Source: Moraxella nasovis
Lineage (GTDB): Bacteria > Pseudomonadota > Gammaproteobacteria > Pseudomonadales > Moraxellaceae
Assembly: GCF_022701215.1 (NCBI RefSeq)
Contig: NZ_CP089976.1
Span: 1,920,001 to 1,952,000, forward strand
DNA: 32,000 bases
Direction of reading: 5' to 3'
Each line of letters starts with the position of its first letter. Positions within the stretch are counted from its first letter, which is position 1. Positions 1 to 9,253 of this stretch are shown in pieces. Made by a program: the position numbers and the translations under genes. Below the pieces are notes generated by a model that had not been told where the DNA came from, did no database searches, and saw nothing but the letters and a program-made list of their open reading frames with translations.

Positions 1-462
1 TTCTGGATGGTTACTGTTCAAGGATTTTTCAATCTCTGATCTATCGGTTAAAATGGCGATAATGCCATCATTTCGACCAAAAAGAGCGTCTTTTGTGATG
101 ATAGGGGTGTAGACTGCGGTGGCTTTATCATGCAGGGGGCGTTCGGTATAAGCATCTGAGATGAGTCTTAGTAGGTTTTTATAGCCATCATTATTCATGG
201 CGTATAAAATAACGGTATGCCCAGCTTCTTCGGCGTCTTGGGTGATGGCATCGCCAATGGTTGCTTCTAGTCCCAGTATGGGCTTTATGCCTTTTTTTAT
301 GCAGGCTTTATAGAACTTTACTGACGCAAACATATTATTATAGTCTGCAAGCCCAATGGCAGTTTGTCCATCTTTGGCTGCTGACTCGACCAGATCTTCA
401 ATGCGGACGATTGAGTCCACGATGGCGTATTCGCTACGCACGCCAAGATGAGTGAATACCAT
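1..462 (-). CDS. dnaE: DNA polymerase III alpha subunit, N-terminal (PHP domain) fragment; the gene runs off the window start
   Basis: Reverse-strand translation from the ATG (complement of 460-462) gives MVFTHLGVRSEYAIVDSIVRIEDLVESAAKDGQTAIGLADYNNMFASVKFYKACIKKGIKPILGLEATIGD... This matches the DnaE PHP-domain N-terminus pattern (HL.vhSeyS..D....i..lv..A...g..A.alTD..n..g.vkFy.a....GIKPI.G). It is open in frame to position 1, so it is missing from the ORF track (no stop). The + strand ORF 261-455 is its antisense shadow. Confidence 0.8.
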   Translation of the reverse strand, partial: MVFTHLGVRSEYAIVDSIVRIEDLVESAAKDGQTAIGLADYNNMFASVKFYKACIKKGIKPILGLEATIGDAITQDAEEAGHTVILYAMNNDGYKNLLRLISDAYTERPLHDKATAVYTPIITKDALFGRNDGIIAILTDRSEIEKSLNSNHPE

Positions 463-1082
463 AATACCCCAAATGTGTTTAATGCGATAAATAGGTGATT
501 ATAGCATTGTTTTTCTTGTCAAATAAAGTTTTATATGATGGGTGTGGTAGATTGTAAGATAAATGCTGGGCGTTTAACGGCTTTGGTCAACACCATGTGG
601 GTGGCTTATGATAGCCTAGACCCATTGGCGGTTATCGCACTGACTTAGGCTTTGCTTATTTGCAAACAGGCGATAAAGATAAATCTATTGATGACTTTTT
701 ACTCATTGACCCAATCCGATGAGTGATGATGAACTTAAAGCTAGAAAATGAGCTAAACAATGAATCAGTAAATGGAGCGATGATAGTGATATTTAATCGT
801 ATCAAGTAAGTGATTGACAGATTAAAGTATGCCTTATAAGATGCTATCTTAATTACTAGTTATCCAATGGGTGGCTAAATGCTTGTATTATTAGCTTTTT
901 TTTGGTTTTTGTTATTGCATCATTACTTTTAATGCCAATAATTATCACCGCCAACTATGATGATTAAGGTGGTATATGTCTTTATTGATGGGTTTTTTGC
1001 AATTTGGATTGCTGAATATAAACGACTTAGTGAACTTTACGAGTTAAAAAAAAAGATGAATTGAAAAATTAAAATAAAACTT

Positions 1083-1106
1083 AACCGCCAATTGGGCGGT
1101 TTTTTA
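1083..1106 (+). terminator. Rho-independent terminator-like hairpin with no annotated gene upstream
   Basis: AACCGCC (1083-1089), loop AATTG, GGCGGTT (1095-1101), followed by a T-run. An A-rich tract precedes it, so it could work in both directions. It lies about 60 bp upstream of recC. Confidence 0.5.
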
Positions 1107-1133
1107 TGGGTGCATACATTACAAATAGAATTT

Positions 1134-1142
1134 TGGTATAAT
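1134..1142 (+). promoter_or_regulatory. Candidate extended -10 promoter element for recC
   Basis: TGGTATAAT (TGn + TATAAT) lies 24 bp upstream of the recC ATG. There is no well-spaced -35: TTACAA at 1119-1124 is only 12 bp away. AGGCGAG at 1154-1160 is a possible RBS. Confidence 0.35.
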
Positions 1143-1165
1143 CATTTTATTTTAGGCGAGCGTTC

Positions 1166-4100
1166 ATGTTTCATATTATCCAGTCGAACGATACCGATGT
1201 TTTGGTGGAGCAGCTACTGACATTTTATCAAGCTAAGGCAGACTGTGCTGATATTGCCGAGCAGATTTTTTCTACCTTTACAGTTATCACGCCATCTAAG
1301 GTGCTTGGGGATTGGCTATCAAAAGCCATCGCAACAAAAGCAGGGATTAGCACACTGTTTACGTCGCAGTTTTGGGGGCAGTATCAGTGGCGACTGATTG
1401 ATGATGTCTTAAGCGTAGAAAGTGGTCAAAAAGACGCTTTGGCAGTACCTGAAGTGGCGGTATTATCAGCAGCGGTCATGCGATGGCGACTGCTTGGTTT
1501 TTTTGGTGTGATGACTGATAAGGAGTATCGGCTTATCTTAGAAGATGAGTCGCATGTATTACACCGTTTTTTGGGATTGCTTTATGATGAGGCGACTGAC
1601 AGTGTGCCTGAATCTCGGCTGTGGCAGGCGTGTGATGAGCTTGCTCGGCTGTATGTGCGCTACCTTACCCAGCGACCCGAATGGCTTTTGGCGTGGGCAA
1701 ATGACACCGCTTTACCTGTGAGCGTTGAAGATATGATTGCCCAAAAAGACCGCTTTAGTACAGATTTTGGGGGAGTAGAACGGACGCCAGAGTGGCTTGA
1801 GCTGCATTATGTGCAGTTAGAGCGGCTACTGCGATTTTTATGGCAAACTTTATTTGGCAACACATATCAGTATAGGCAGTTGCTTGAAGAGCGTTTTTGG
1901 GATATTTTAGAACAAAAGCGTGGCGATGATAGCCATAAGCAGGCGATGTCTACACTCCCAAAACAGCTGTATTTATTCACCGTGCAGCAGATTCCGCCTG
2001 TTGAACTGATATTTTTAAAACGGCTTTCGCTACATACAGATGTGTATTTATTTCATTTTAATCCATCTAAGATGTTTTGGGCAGATATTGTGGATAAGAA
2101 CTGGCTGATGACGCAGCAGATTATTCGCCCAGAATCGGTCTATCTAAAGGATTATGCTCACGGACTATTATCTTCTTTGGGTAAGGAATCTCGTGAGACC
2201 TTTGCCATGCTGGCAGATATGTCAGGTGGGGCTTATTATTATGAGTCAGGGGCTTATGAACCTGCTGATAAACAACCACAACCTTTTGTGCAAAATTGGC
2301 AAGTACAATGGCAAGACGCATTTGTTACCAAATCCACAGGCGTTCATGACAGCTTATTAAGTCAGCTTAAGCAAGATATTTTAATGCTAGAAGAAGGCGG
2401 AACATCGAGTGTTATGACTAGACAGATGTTTGATGGCTTAAGCCAAAAATCCCGCCAAAAGTCGCCACTATCGCTAGATATTAACTTAGAAAATACCGAT
2501 AATGCTCGTCTGCCTAGTCTGAGCATTCATGCGTGCCACAGCCTAAAGCGTCAGCTTGAGCTTGCACGCATCATCATCGCCCGCTACCTAAATGAACCAA
2601 CTGATGGCACGACACGTAAGCTGTCTGATGTGGTGGTGTTATTGCCTGATGTAAGCTCTGCCCAAGACCTAATCGGAGCGGTATTTTGTGAGGGTAAGGG
2701 GGCGGACGGCTTATATCTACCTGCTAAAATTACAGGGGCAACAGATCGTGCCATTGATGATTTGATGAGTGCTATTGCAGGGTTTTACCGCTTGCTTGGG
2801 GCAAAAAATGCTCGCTTTCAGATAGATGAGTTTGCCGAATGGCTAATGATGCCTGCACTGCATGAAAGCTTTGGGCTTGATTTTGATGCAGCATATCGGG
2901 CGTGCGACTTATTAAAACAGGCAGGGTTTCGCCGTGGCTTTGACGCTATACATTTAAGCGACACATTAGATGGGCAAGATTTAGATTATCGCTATACGTT
3001 TAGTTATGCCCTAGACCGTATCGTGCTTGGGTTTTTAACGCCTGATAGTGGCGTAAGTGATGTGCTTTACCCATTTGATTGGCATACTGATGTACTTGCT
3101 GAACAATGCCTGCCTTTAGCTGGTATAACGTTAGAAGACTTGCCTATTGTGTCTGCATTAACCGAGATTCACCAAGCATTATCACGCCACCGCCATGACG
3201 CATCACGCATTGATCGGGTGCAAACTTGGCTAAATCGGATAGAAGCAGAGGTGATTAACCGCTATTTTTACCGACTAAAAGACACGCCAGAGCTAAGAGC
3301 GATTTTTGAGGCGAAAAACCAAATGATGGCAAGTTTGCGTGCCAATGCTAAGCATTTTCAGCCGCAGACTCAGTCATTCACAGATGTAGCTATGCCCACC
3401 CAGACGGCTGATGATATTCAGCTAAGCTTAGAATTTGTATTAGAAAATCTATCAGAGTCAGTCGGTATGCAAGCGGTGCGTGCCGAGCCATCTGGGGTGA
3501 TTACATTTGCTCGATTTGGGGCGTTAAGAAGCATTCCGTTTGGGCTTGTTATTATGCTTGATATGAACTTATCATCATTCCCAAGACAAGATAAAAATGT
3601 ACGGCTTGATCTTATGCGAGCAGGGCTTAAGCGGCGTGGCGATCGTTATCATGAAGATGATGATAATGGGGCGTTTTTAGATGCGATATTATGTGCAAAA
3701 GACGCTTGCTGTATTTTTTATCAAGGCATTGCAGCAGATGGTAAGACACGGCTACTGCCAGCATCTGCGGTGGGCGAGTTGATTGAGTTTTTAAAAAATG
3801 AAGGCGAGTGGCATGTGCCAACAACGCATGATACAGACATTAAGACTATTAAAAATCTCATGCCTGCTTTGGTGGAGCGGTATTTGATAACAGACCATAC
3901 CGCAAGCGGCTTTGATTTAGCGTTATTTTATGAGCCTTGTACACCTGATGATACATCTGATGCCACGCTTGAGCAGATGTTAATTAAGCTTATTGACGAC
4001 AGTAAAAAAGTGTGGCAACGCCATCTACCACCACCGCCCATATGGCAACAAGTGCGAGCCACAATAGACGATGAGGCAAATAGTGTGCCAGCTATGGGGG

Positions 4101-5233
4101 TGGTTAGCCTGCCAACTAAAGATGATGTTATGAACATCTGCCAAGCCTTGCAAAGCAACGCGTCAGGACTGGTAAGTCAAGTGGATACACTGCTTGATAC
4201 GTATGAGATTACGCCGCCAGTTAGTCTAAGATTGCAAGATGTTTGGCAAGCCTTTAAGTCGTTTGCCAAAACTTACCTAAGGGGTAAGCTGCAAGTGTAT
4301 CAAAGTGATGGTGAGATTGACGTCAGCGAGCCGTTATCATTAGATAATCTTGATAACTGGCGGTTAAATGATATGCTAACCAAAGCGGTATCTTTGGGTT
4401 GTTTTGATGGTGCATTAGAGCATAAGTTCACTGCCAAATCGCTATGGCAGTCACCCAAGCTGCCTAATGAGCTGTCATCATTATATTTTGGCAACTTATT
4501 GCCAGCAGGCGAGATGCGTACCGCTAAGCTTGATGATGCCTTAGCAGATCTTGGTAGTCGACTATCTGTCTTTAGTCAGCAAGTACATAACTTAGAAGCG
4601 TCATCTATTAGGCAGCAGTGCCAAGCAAAATTAGCGACAGATTATGCTTGGCTGATTACGCCGACAGATGATCAGCAAGTAGCGATACCGATAGGTAGTA
4701 GTCGTGTGCTGATGAGTGGCAATGTGCCTGCTACTGATGATGTCTGGCTGTCAATGATCAGCAGTTCTATGCGTGATGATCATAAGATGGGCTTTTGGTT
4801 GTCTCACCTGTATTGGCAAGTGGTGCGTCAGACCGACAAGGCAGATATTGACGCAATGCGTGGGCTAAGTGTGCGTCAGTTTCGTGAAAATGAAGTTATG
4901 ATTTTGCCACCCATCCATCATCATCAAGCAATGCAATATCTACAAAATGCCATTATCATCGCTAAAATCGCTGAGAAAGTACCGCTGATTTTAACAAATC
5001 AAACAGGGCTGATAATCGCTAAGCACAGCCAAGATGAGAGCTTTTGTTATAGTGATAAGCTGTTTAGTGCATGGCTAAAACCAGAATCTCAGCAGCTTCC
5101 TTATGAGACGTGTAGCCAGCACCCCATCTGGCAAGCCATCTTAGGTCATCACAACCCATTAGCTGCCATACAACCGATGGAATGCCTTGCCGTACTACTG
5201 TATCAGCCCTTAGTGCGTCAACTTGAAGGATAA
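1166..5233 (+). CDS. recC: Exodeoxyribonuclease V gamma subunit (RecC)
   Basis: 1355-aa ORF. The N-terminus MFHIIQSNDTDVLVEQLL resembles E. coli RecC MLRVYHSNRLDVLEAL. SIHACHSLKRQLE corresponds to the RecC FHVCHSPQRE motif. LRSIPFGLVIMLDMN..FPRQ...LDLM....RRGDRYHEDDDNGAFLDAI corresponds to MRSIPFKVVCLLGMNDGVYPRQ...FDLM...KRGDRSRRDDDRYLFLEAL. It lies directly upstream of recB and recD. Confidence 0.93.
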   Translation: MFHIIQSNDTDVLVEQLLTFYQAKADCADIAEQIFSTFTVITPSKVLGDWLSKAIATKAGISTLFTSQFWGQYQWRLIDDVLSVESGQKDALAVPEVAVLSAAVMRWRLLGFFGVMTDKEYRLILEDESHVLHRFLGLLYDEATDSVPESRLWQACDELARLYVRYLTQRPEWLLAWANDTALPVSVEDMIAQKDRFSTDFGGVERTPEWLELHYVQLERLLRFLWQTLFGNTYQYRQLLEERFWDILEQKRGDDSHKQAMSTLPKQLYLFTVQQIPPVELIFLKRLSLHTDVYLFHFNPSKMFWADIVDKNWLMTQQIIRPESVYLKDYAHGLLSSLGKESRETFAMLADMSGGAYYYESGAYEPADKQPQPFVQNWQVQWQDAFVTKSTGVHDSLLSQLKQDILMLEEGGTSSVMTRQMFDGLSQKSRQKSPLSLDINLENTDNARLPSLSIHACHSLKRQLELARIIIARYLNEPTDGTTRKLSDVVVLLPDVSSAQDLIGAVFCEGKGADGLYLPAKITGATDRAIDDLMSAIAGFYRLLGAKNARFQIDEFAEWLMMPALHESFGLDFDAAYRACDLLKQAGFRRGFDAIHLSDTLDGQDLDYRYTFSYALDRIVLGFLTPDSGVSDVLYPFDWHTDVLAEQCLPLAGITLEDLPIVSALTEIHQALSRHRHDASRIDRVQTWLNRIEAEVINRYFYRLKDTPELRAIFEAKNQMMASLRANAKHFQPQTQSFTDVAMPTQTADDIQLSLEFVLENLSESVGMQAVRAEPSGVITFARFGALRSIPFGLVIMLDMNLSSFPRQDKNVRLDLMRAGLKRRGDRYHEDDDNGAFLDAILCAKDACCIFYQGIAADGKTRLLPASAVGELIEFLKNEGEWHVPTTHDTDIKTIKNLMPALVERYLITDHTASGFDLALFYEPCTPDDTSDATLEQMLIKLIDDSKKVWQRHLPPPPIWQQVRATIDDEANSVPAMGVVSLPTKDDVMNICQALQSNASGLVSQVDTLLDTYEITPPVSLRLQDVWQAFKSFAKTYLRGKLQVYQSDGEIDVSEPLSLDNLDNWRLNDMLTKAVSLGCFDGALEHKFTAKSLWQSPKLPNELSSLYFGNLLPAGEMRTAKLDDALADLGSRLSVFSQQVHNLEASSIRQQCQAKLATDYAWLITPTDDQQVAIPIGSSRVLMSGNVPATDDVWLSMISSSMRDDHKMGFWLSHLYWQVVRQTDKADIDAMRGLSVRQFRENEVMILPPIHHHQAMQYLQNAIIIAKIAEKVPLILTNQTGLIIAKHSQDESFCYSDKLFSAWLKPESQQLPYETCSQHPIWQAILGHHNPLAAIQPMECLAVLLYQPLVRQLEG

Positions 5234-5333
5234 GTTACATTGATTTTATGTTAAAAGCGCTATTATTTTAAAAGCACTATAAGCTTAATACACTCTAAAG
5301 CCAACTTGCCAAAATAAAAAGTAAGCCCAAATC

Positions 5334-8300
5334 ATGACAAATAACACATCACACCCCAACCAAAACGCCACAGGCACACCTGCCTTAGACTGCTCACTAA
5401 CAGGTGGCTATCTTATCGAGGCGTCCGCTGGTACAGGTAAAACATGGACACTCACTGGTATCGTATTAAGACTGCTCATTGAGAAGCGTTATCGTCCCGA
5501 ACAGATTATCGCTACAACCTTCACTAAAGATGCTGCCGCTGAAATGCAAGAGCGAATCTATGACAGAATCAGCAACTTTTATCGCTGTCTGTCGTGGCTA
5601 AAGACTCAGCAGAACGTTTACCCAGATTGGTTTGGTGGCGTAGATCAAAAAAACATCAATCAGGTGATGGCAGAGATTACCGCTTGGGCGAATGCCAGTA
5701 TGATTGCAGGCTTTGATGATTTGGTTAATGCTCATTTGGTGGCGTACATCTTAACCGATGAGGACTTGACAGCTTTAGATCGCACGATTGCTTATACCAG
5801 ATTATTACTTGCTAATCTTGATAAGCTGTTTGTGGGGACGTTTGACAGCCTTGCCCATAAGCTATTAAGAGAGTTCGCTGCTGAGATTGGACAGCATGGC
5901 ACAACTACCATCATCCAAGATGTCAAGCCCATCATTAAGACCATGATTCATGATCGTCTAAGATACGAGCACAGTCGCCTAAAGCATCACTCACCAAATC
6001 TGTATCAGCTGATTGATAAGTCGGTATTTGGCAAGGTGGATACAGCATATGAGGCTGTAAAAATGACCATTCAATTTTTTGGTGTTCCGATAGATGAGGC
6101 AGAGTCTGTAGATGATGAGTATATCAAAGAGCTACAAGAGCAGCTGACCCACATTCAAACCCTTAGCATTGAGCCGTTTGGGTGCTTTGAAGAAGCTGAT
6201 TATCGAAATAAAGTGGGTATTAACAAGAATATAGCACTTTCAAAAAATATACACCACTTACCCCAAGTGATGAATTTGGTGTGCCAACATGGCTTGAAAT
6301 TTTATCAACTATTAACCAAAGAACAAAAAGAGTGGCTTGACAAAGCTCAAAGCGGCGTAATTAACGTGGATAAAGTTTTTAAAAAAGATCACGACAAAAA
6401 AGCCAAAGCTTTATTTAGTGAGCTTGCAAAAAATGTATTAACCCCTTTGGCAGATATGCATCAGCAGATTAGCAAGCTTACGATACTGTATCAGCAAGCA
6501 TTGTATAAAACGCTTGCCATACATATCCAAAAGACCATAGGATCTGTCATGGAAAGCTCTGGCAAGACGTCGTTTTTTTTACAGATGAATCGGCTAAATA
6601 CCGCCTTAAAACGCAGCCCAGATTTGGCTCGGCACATTTGCCATCAGTATCCTGTGGCACTCATCGATGAAGCCCAAGACGTGAACGAGGCTCAGATGTC
6701 TTTGGTTGAGAGCATTTACTTAAATGACTTACGCCATAAGGCAGACCTTGGTAAGACGCCAAAAGGATTTTTGTTGTTTGTTGGTGACCCAAAGCAGGCG
6801 ATTTACCGCTTTCGAGGTGGTGATGTGATGAACTATAACGCCATTAAACAAAAGGGTAAGTATCAAGGTAAACGTCGCACCCCCATCATTAACCAAGAGC
6901 TGGCATTACTGACCAATCGTCGCTCAAACCAAAGGCTTATTCAGGTGCTTAATACTTGGTTTGAGAATAATAATCAGATTGGTACAAATAATCATGCCTA
7001 TCTTGGCGATGGTATTTATTATCAGAACATCACTGCCCATAATCAAGATTGTCGCCTGTCATGGCATAATGCTGATGATAAGGCACAGGTGCCACCATTT
7101 TTGGGTAACTCGCCTGTAACCATGCTGACCATGTCAAATTCAGTTAATGAATACCAACAAACTGCCTTACATATCGATGCCCTGTTACGCAGTAAGCAGA
7201 CGATTAATGATGGTGGCGTGCCACGAGCCATCTTACCCCGTGATATCGCTGTGCTTGCGACAACAAATCCAATTTTGCTAAAGGTTCAAGAGCAATTACA
7301 AAAGCTTGGTATTGCTAGTTTTACATCAAAAAGCCAAAGCATCTTTGATACTAAAGCCGCTATGCATTTGCACGCTTTATTGGTGGCGTGCATGGATGTT
7401 ACTCATCGTGAGAAAATCGGTAGATTGCTGACATCTAGCTTGTTTAACTGGTCGCTTGATGAGGTGTTAGCACAATATGACGCCACTTTGCAAAATGGTC
7501 AATCAGATAGCCTGCTTTATTTGACCGCTTATCTAAGGCAAATCTATGATAGATGGCAAAAATACAGCATAGCAAATGCCCTAAATTATGCACTATCCAC
7601 CAACCCCTTTGATAAGCGTGATGAGTCTGGGCTATGGACAAATATCGCAAGCCATGGCGAGCGTCATGTGGCAGATGTCTGGCAGTTGGTCGAAATCATC
7701 GGCTCGCAGCCACACATTAGCCCTGTACGACTTTTGGAGTGGTATGATGAACGCCTAAGTCATGACGAAGATAAAGAGTTTGAGCGAGCAGTACTGCCAA
7801 GCGATATTGGCGTAAATCTCATGACAGCTCATGGTTCTAAGGGGCTAGAGTTTCCCATCGTGTACGTCCTTGGGCTAAACAGCAGTGCAAAAAATCGCCA
7901 ACAGTGGTTTTATCCATACAGTGATGACAAGCCAAGCCGACGGCTGTCGCCACGACCAGATAAAATAATGGAAGATGGTTTAATTGAAGTAGATTATTAT
8001 AAGCGTCTAAATAAAGCTGAAGAGCTAGACGAGAGACGTCGCTTATCTTATGTGGCACTGACCCGAGCGTCTGAGCAGGTGTATATTGTCTTTGCACAGG
8101 CATCTAAAAATACCTCAAGCCCAACGCCGCTAATGTTATGGCTTGAGATGAAAGATAAGAACATCACCATACCTAGCAGACTTGATATTATGGATCGCAT
8201 TGATATTAGTGAGCTGTCACAACCACAGACCGCTTATCACGATGATCAATGTAATCTTACGCCTATTAAGTATGTCAACTGGGACGTGGCGATGGCACAT

Positions 8301-9245
8301 AAACGCTTCATTGCAGCGTATGATACAAGCTTTACTGCATTGGTGAGCCGTCTAGATGGGCGATACGAGCGTATGGCAGGCGTGCAAGATGACGAAAGCT
8401 ATGTACCTATCAAGCATTTAGAGGATATTTCAGATAACCCCCAAGATGCAAGCTATCCACCCGATGACATTCGTATTCATCTGCCAAAAGGGGCGGTGAT
8501 GGGTAGTTTTTTACATGAAATCTTACAAAAAATGCGACCAAGCGACCAAAGACACATCAGCCAAGCCATCGATGATACGGTACAACGCATGGGGCTATCT
8601 TATGACTTGCTTAGCCATCATGCTAAGGTTCGTCTAGGCTATACCAAGCAATCAGCTCCCATTGATAAGAACACCACGCACCGTAAACTTGTGCAGTGGC
8701 TACTTGATATAGCAACCACGCCTTTTCATTCAGGTATCTCATTGAGTGAGTTAAGTGATAAGCTGTGCGTTAAGGAAATGGGGTTTATGCTAGGGCTTGG
8801 TGATGACTTTAGCGTAGCAAAATTAAACGAAGTGTTTAAATGCTTTAGTGATAAGCCTATTCGCTTAAGTGATGATGATACTAATCCTTGGTATCGCCAC
8901 CTAAGGGGGAGTATTGACTTGCTATATTCACATAATGGTAAATTTTATGTGGTGGATTATAAGTCAAACTTTTTAGGCGATAAGCCATCTTATTATACTT
9001 TTGATCAGCTAGAGATGGCGATGGAAAAGGCAGGCTATTGGCTACAAGCAGCGATTTACCAAGTGGCACTGCACCGCTTACTCAAGCTAAAAATCGCCGA
9101 CTACTGTGGTAATGAAACTCAGTATCTTGGGGCGACAGAATACGTCTTTTTGCGTGGTGTAGAATGCACAGATGCCACGTTAGGGCGGATTACATGGCAA
9201 GTGCCTTTTGAGCTTGTTAAAAAACTTGATGAAATTTTTGAATAG
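5334..9245 (+). CDS. recB: Exodeoxyribonuclease V beta subunit (RecB), SF1 helicase plus C-terminal PD-(D/E)XK nuclease
   Basis: Walker A EASAGTGKTWTL, motif II IDEAQDV, motif III VGDPKQAIYRFRGGD, TAHGSKGLEFPIVYV, and nuclease motif GSIDLLYSHNGKFYVVDYKSNFLG (E. coli GFIDLVF..G.YYLLDYKSNWLG). 1303 aa. Confidence 0.95.
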   Translation: MTNNTSHPNQNATGTPALDCSLTGGYLIEASAGTGKTWTLTGIVLRLLIEKRYRPEQIIATTFTKDAAAEMQERIYDRISNFYRCLSWLKTQQNVYPDWFGGVDQKNINQVMAEITAWANASMIAGFDDLVNAHLVAYILTDEDLTALDRTIAYTRLLLANLDKLFVGTFDSLAHKLLREFAAEIGQHGTTTIIQDVKPIIKTMIHDRLRYEHSRLKHHSPNLYQLIDKSVFGKVDTAYEAVKMTIQFFGVPIDEAESVDDEYIKELQEQLTHIQTLSIEPFGCFEEADYRNKVGINKNIALSKNIHHLPQVMNLVCQHGLKFYQLLTKEQKEWLDKAQSGVINVDKVFKKDHDKKAKALFSELAKNVLTPLADMHQQISKLTILYQQALYKTLAIHIQKTIGSVMESSGKTSFFLQMNRLNTALKRSPDLARHICHQYPVALIDEAQDVNEAQMSLVESIYLNDLRHKADLGKTPKGFLLFVGDPKQAIYRFRGGDVMNYNAIKQKGKYQGKRRTPIINQELALLTNRRSNQRLIQVLNTWFENNNQIGTNNHAYLGDGIYYQNITAHNQDCRLSWHNADDKAQVPPFLGNSPVTMLTMSNSVNEYQQTALHIDALLRSKQTINDGGVPRAILPRDIAVLATTNPILLKVQEQLQKLGIASFTSKSQSIFDTKAAMHLHALLVACMDVTHREKIGRLLTSSLFNWSLDEVLAQYDATLQNGQSDSLLYLTAYLRQIYDRWQKYSIANALNYALSTNPFDKRDESGLWTNIASHGERHVADVWQLVEIIGSQPHISPVRLLEWYDERLSHDEDKEFERAVLPSDIGVNLMTAHGSKGLEFPIVYVLGLNSSAKNRQQWFYPYSDDKPSRRLSPRPDKIMEDGLIEVDYYKRLNKAEELDERRRLSYVALTRASEQVYIVFAQASKNTSSPTPLMLWLEMKDKNITIPSRLDIMDRIDISELSQPQTAYHDDQCNLTPIKYVNWDVAMAHKRFIAAYDTSFTALVSRLDGRYERMAGVQDDESYVPIKHLEDISDNPQDASYPPDDIRIHLPKGAVMGSFLHEILQKMRPSDQRHISQAIDDTVQRMGLSYDLLSHHAKVRLGYTKQSAPIDKNTTHRKLVQWLLDIATTPFHSGISLSELSDKLCVKEMGFMLGLGDDFSVAKLNEVFKCFSDKPIRLSDDDTNPWYRHLRGSIDLLYSHNGKFYVVDYKSNFLGDKPSYYTFDQLEMAMEKAGYWLQAAIYQVALHRLLKLKIADYCGNETQYLGATEYVFLRGVECTDATLGRITWQVPFELVKKLDEIFE

Positions 9246-9253
9246 GAAGTACC

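Noticed and set aside
261-455. A 64-aa plus-strand ORF near the window start.
   Set aside because: It is fully contained, antisense, within the well-supported dnaE N-terminal coding region.
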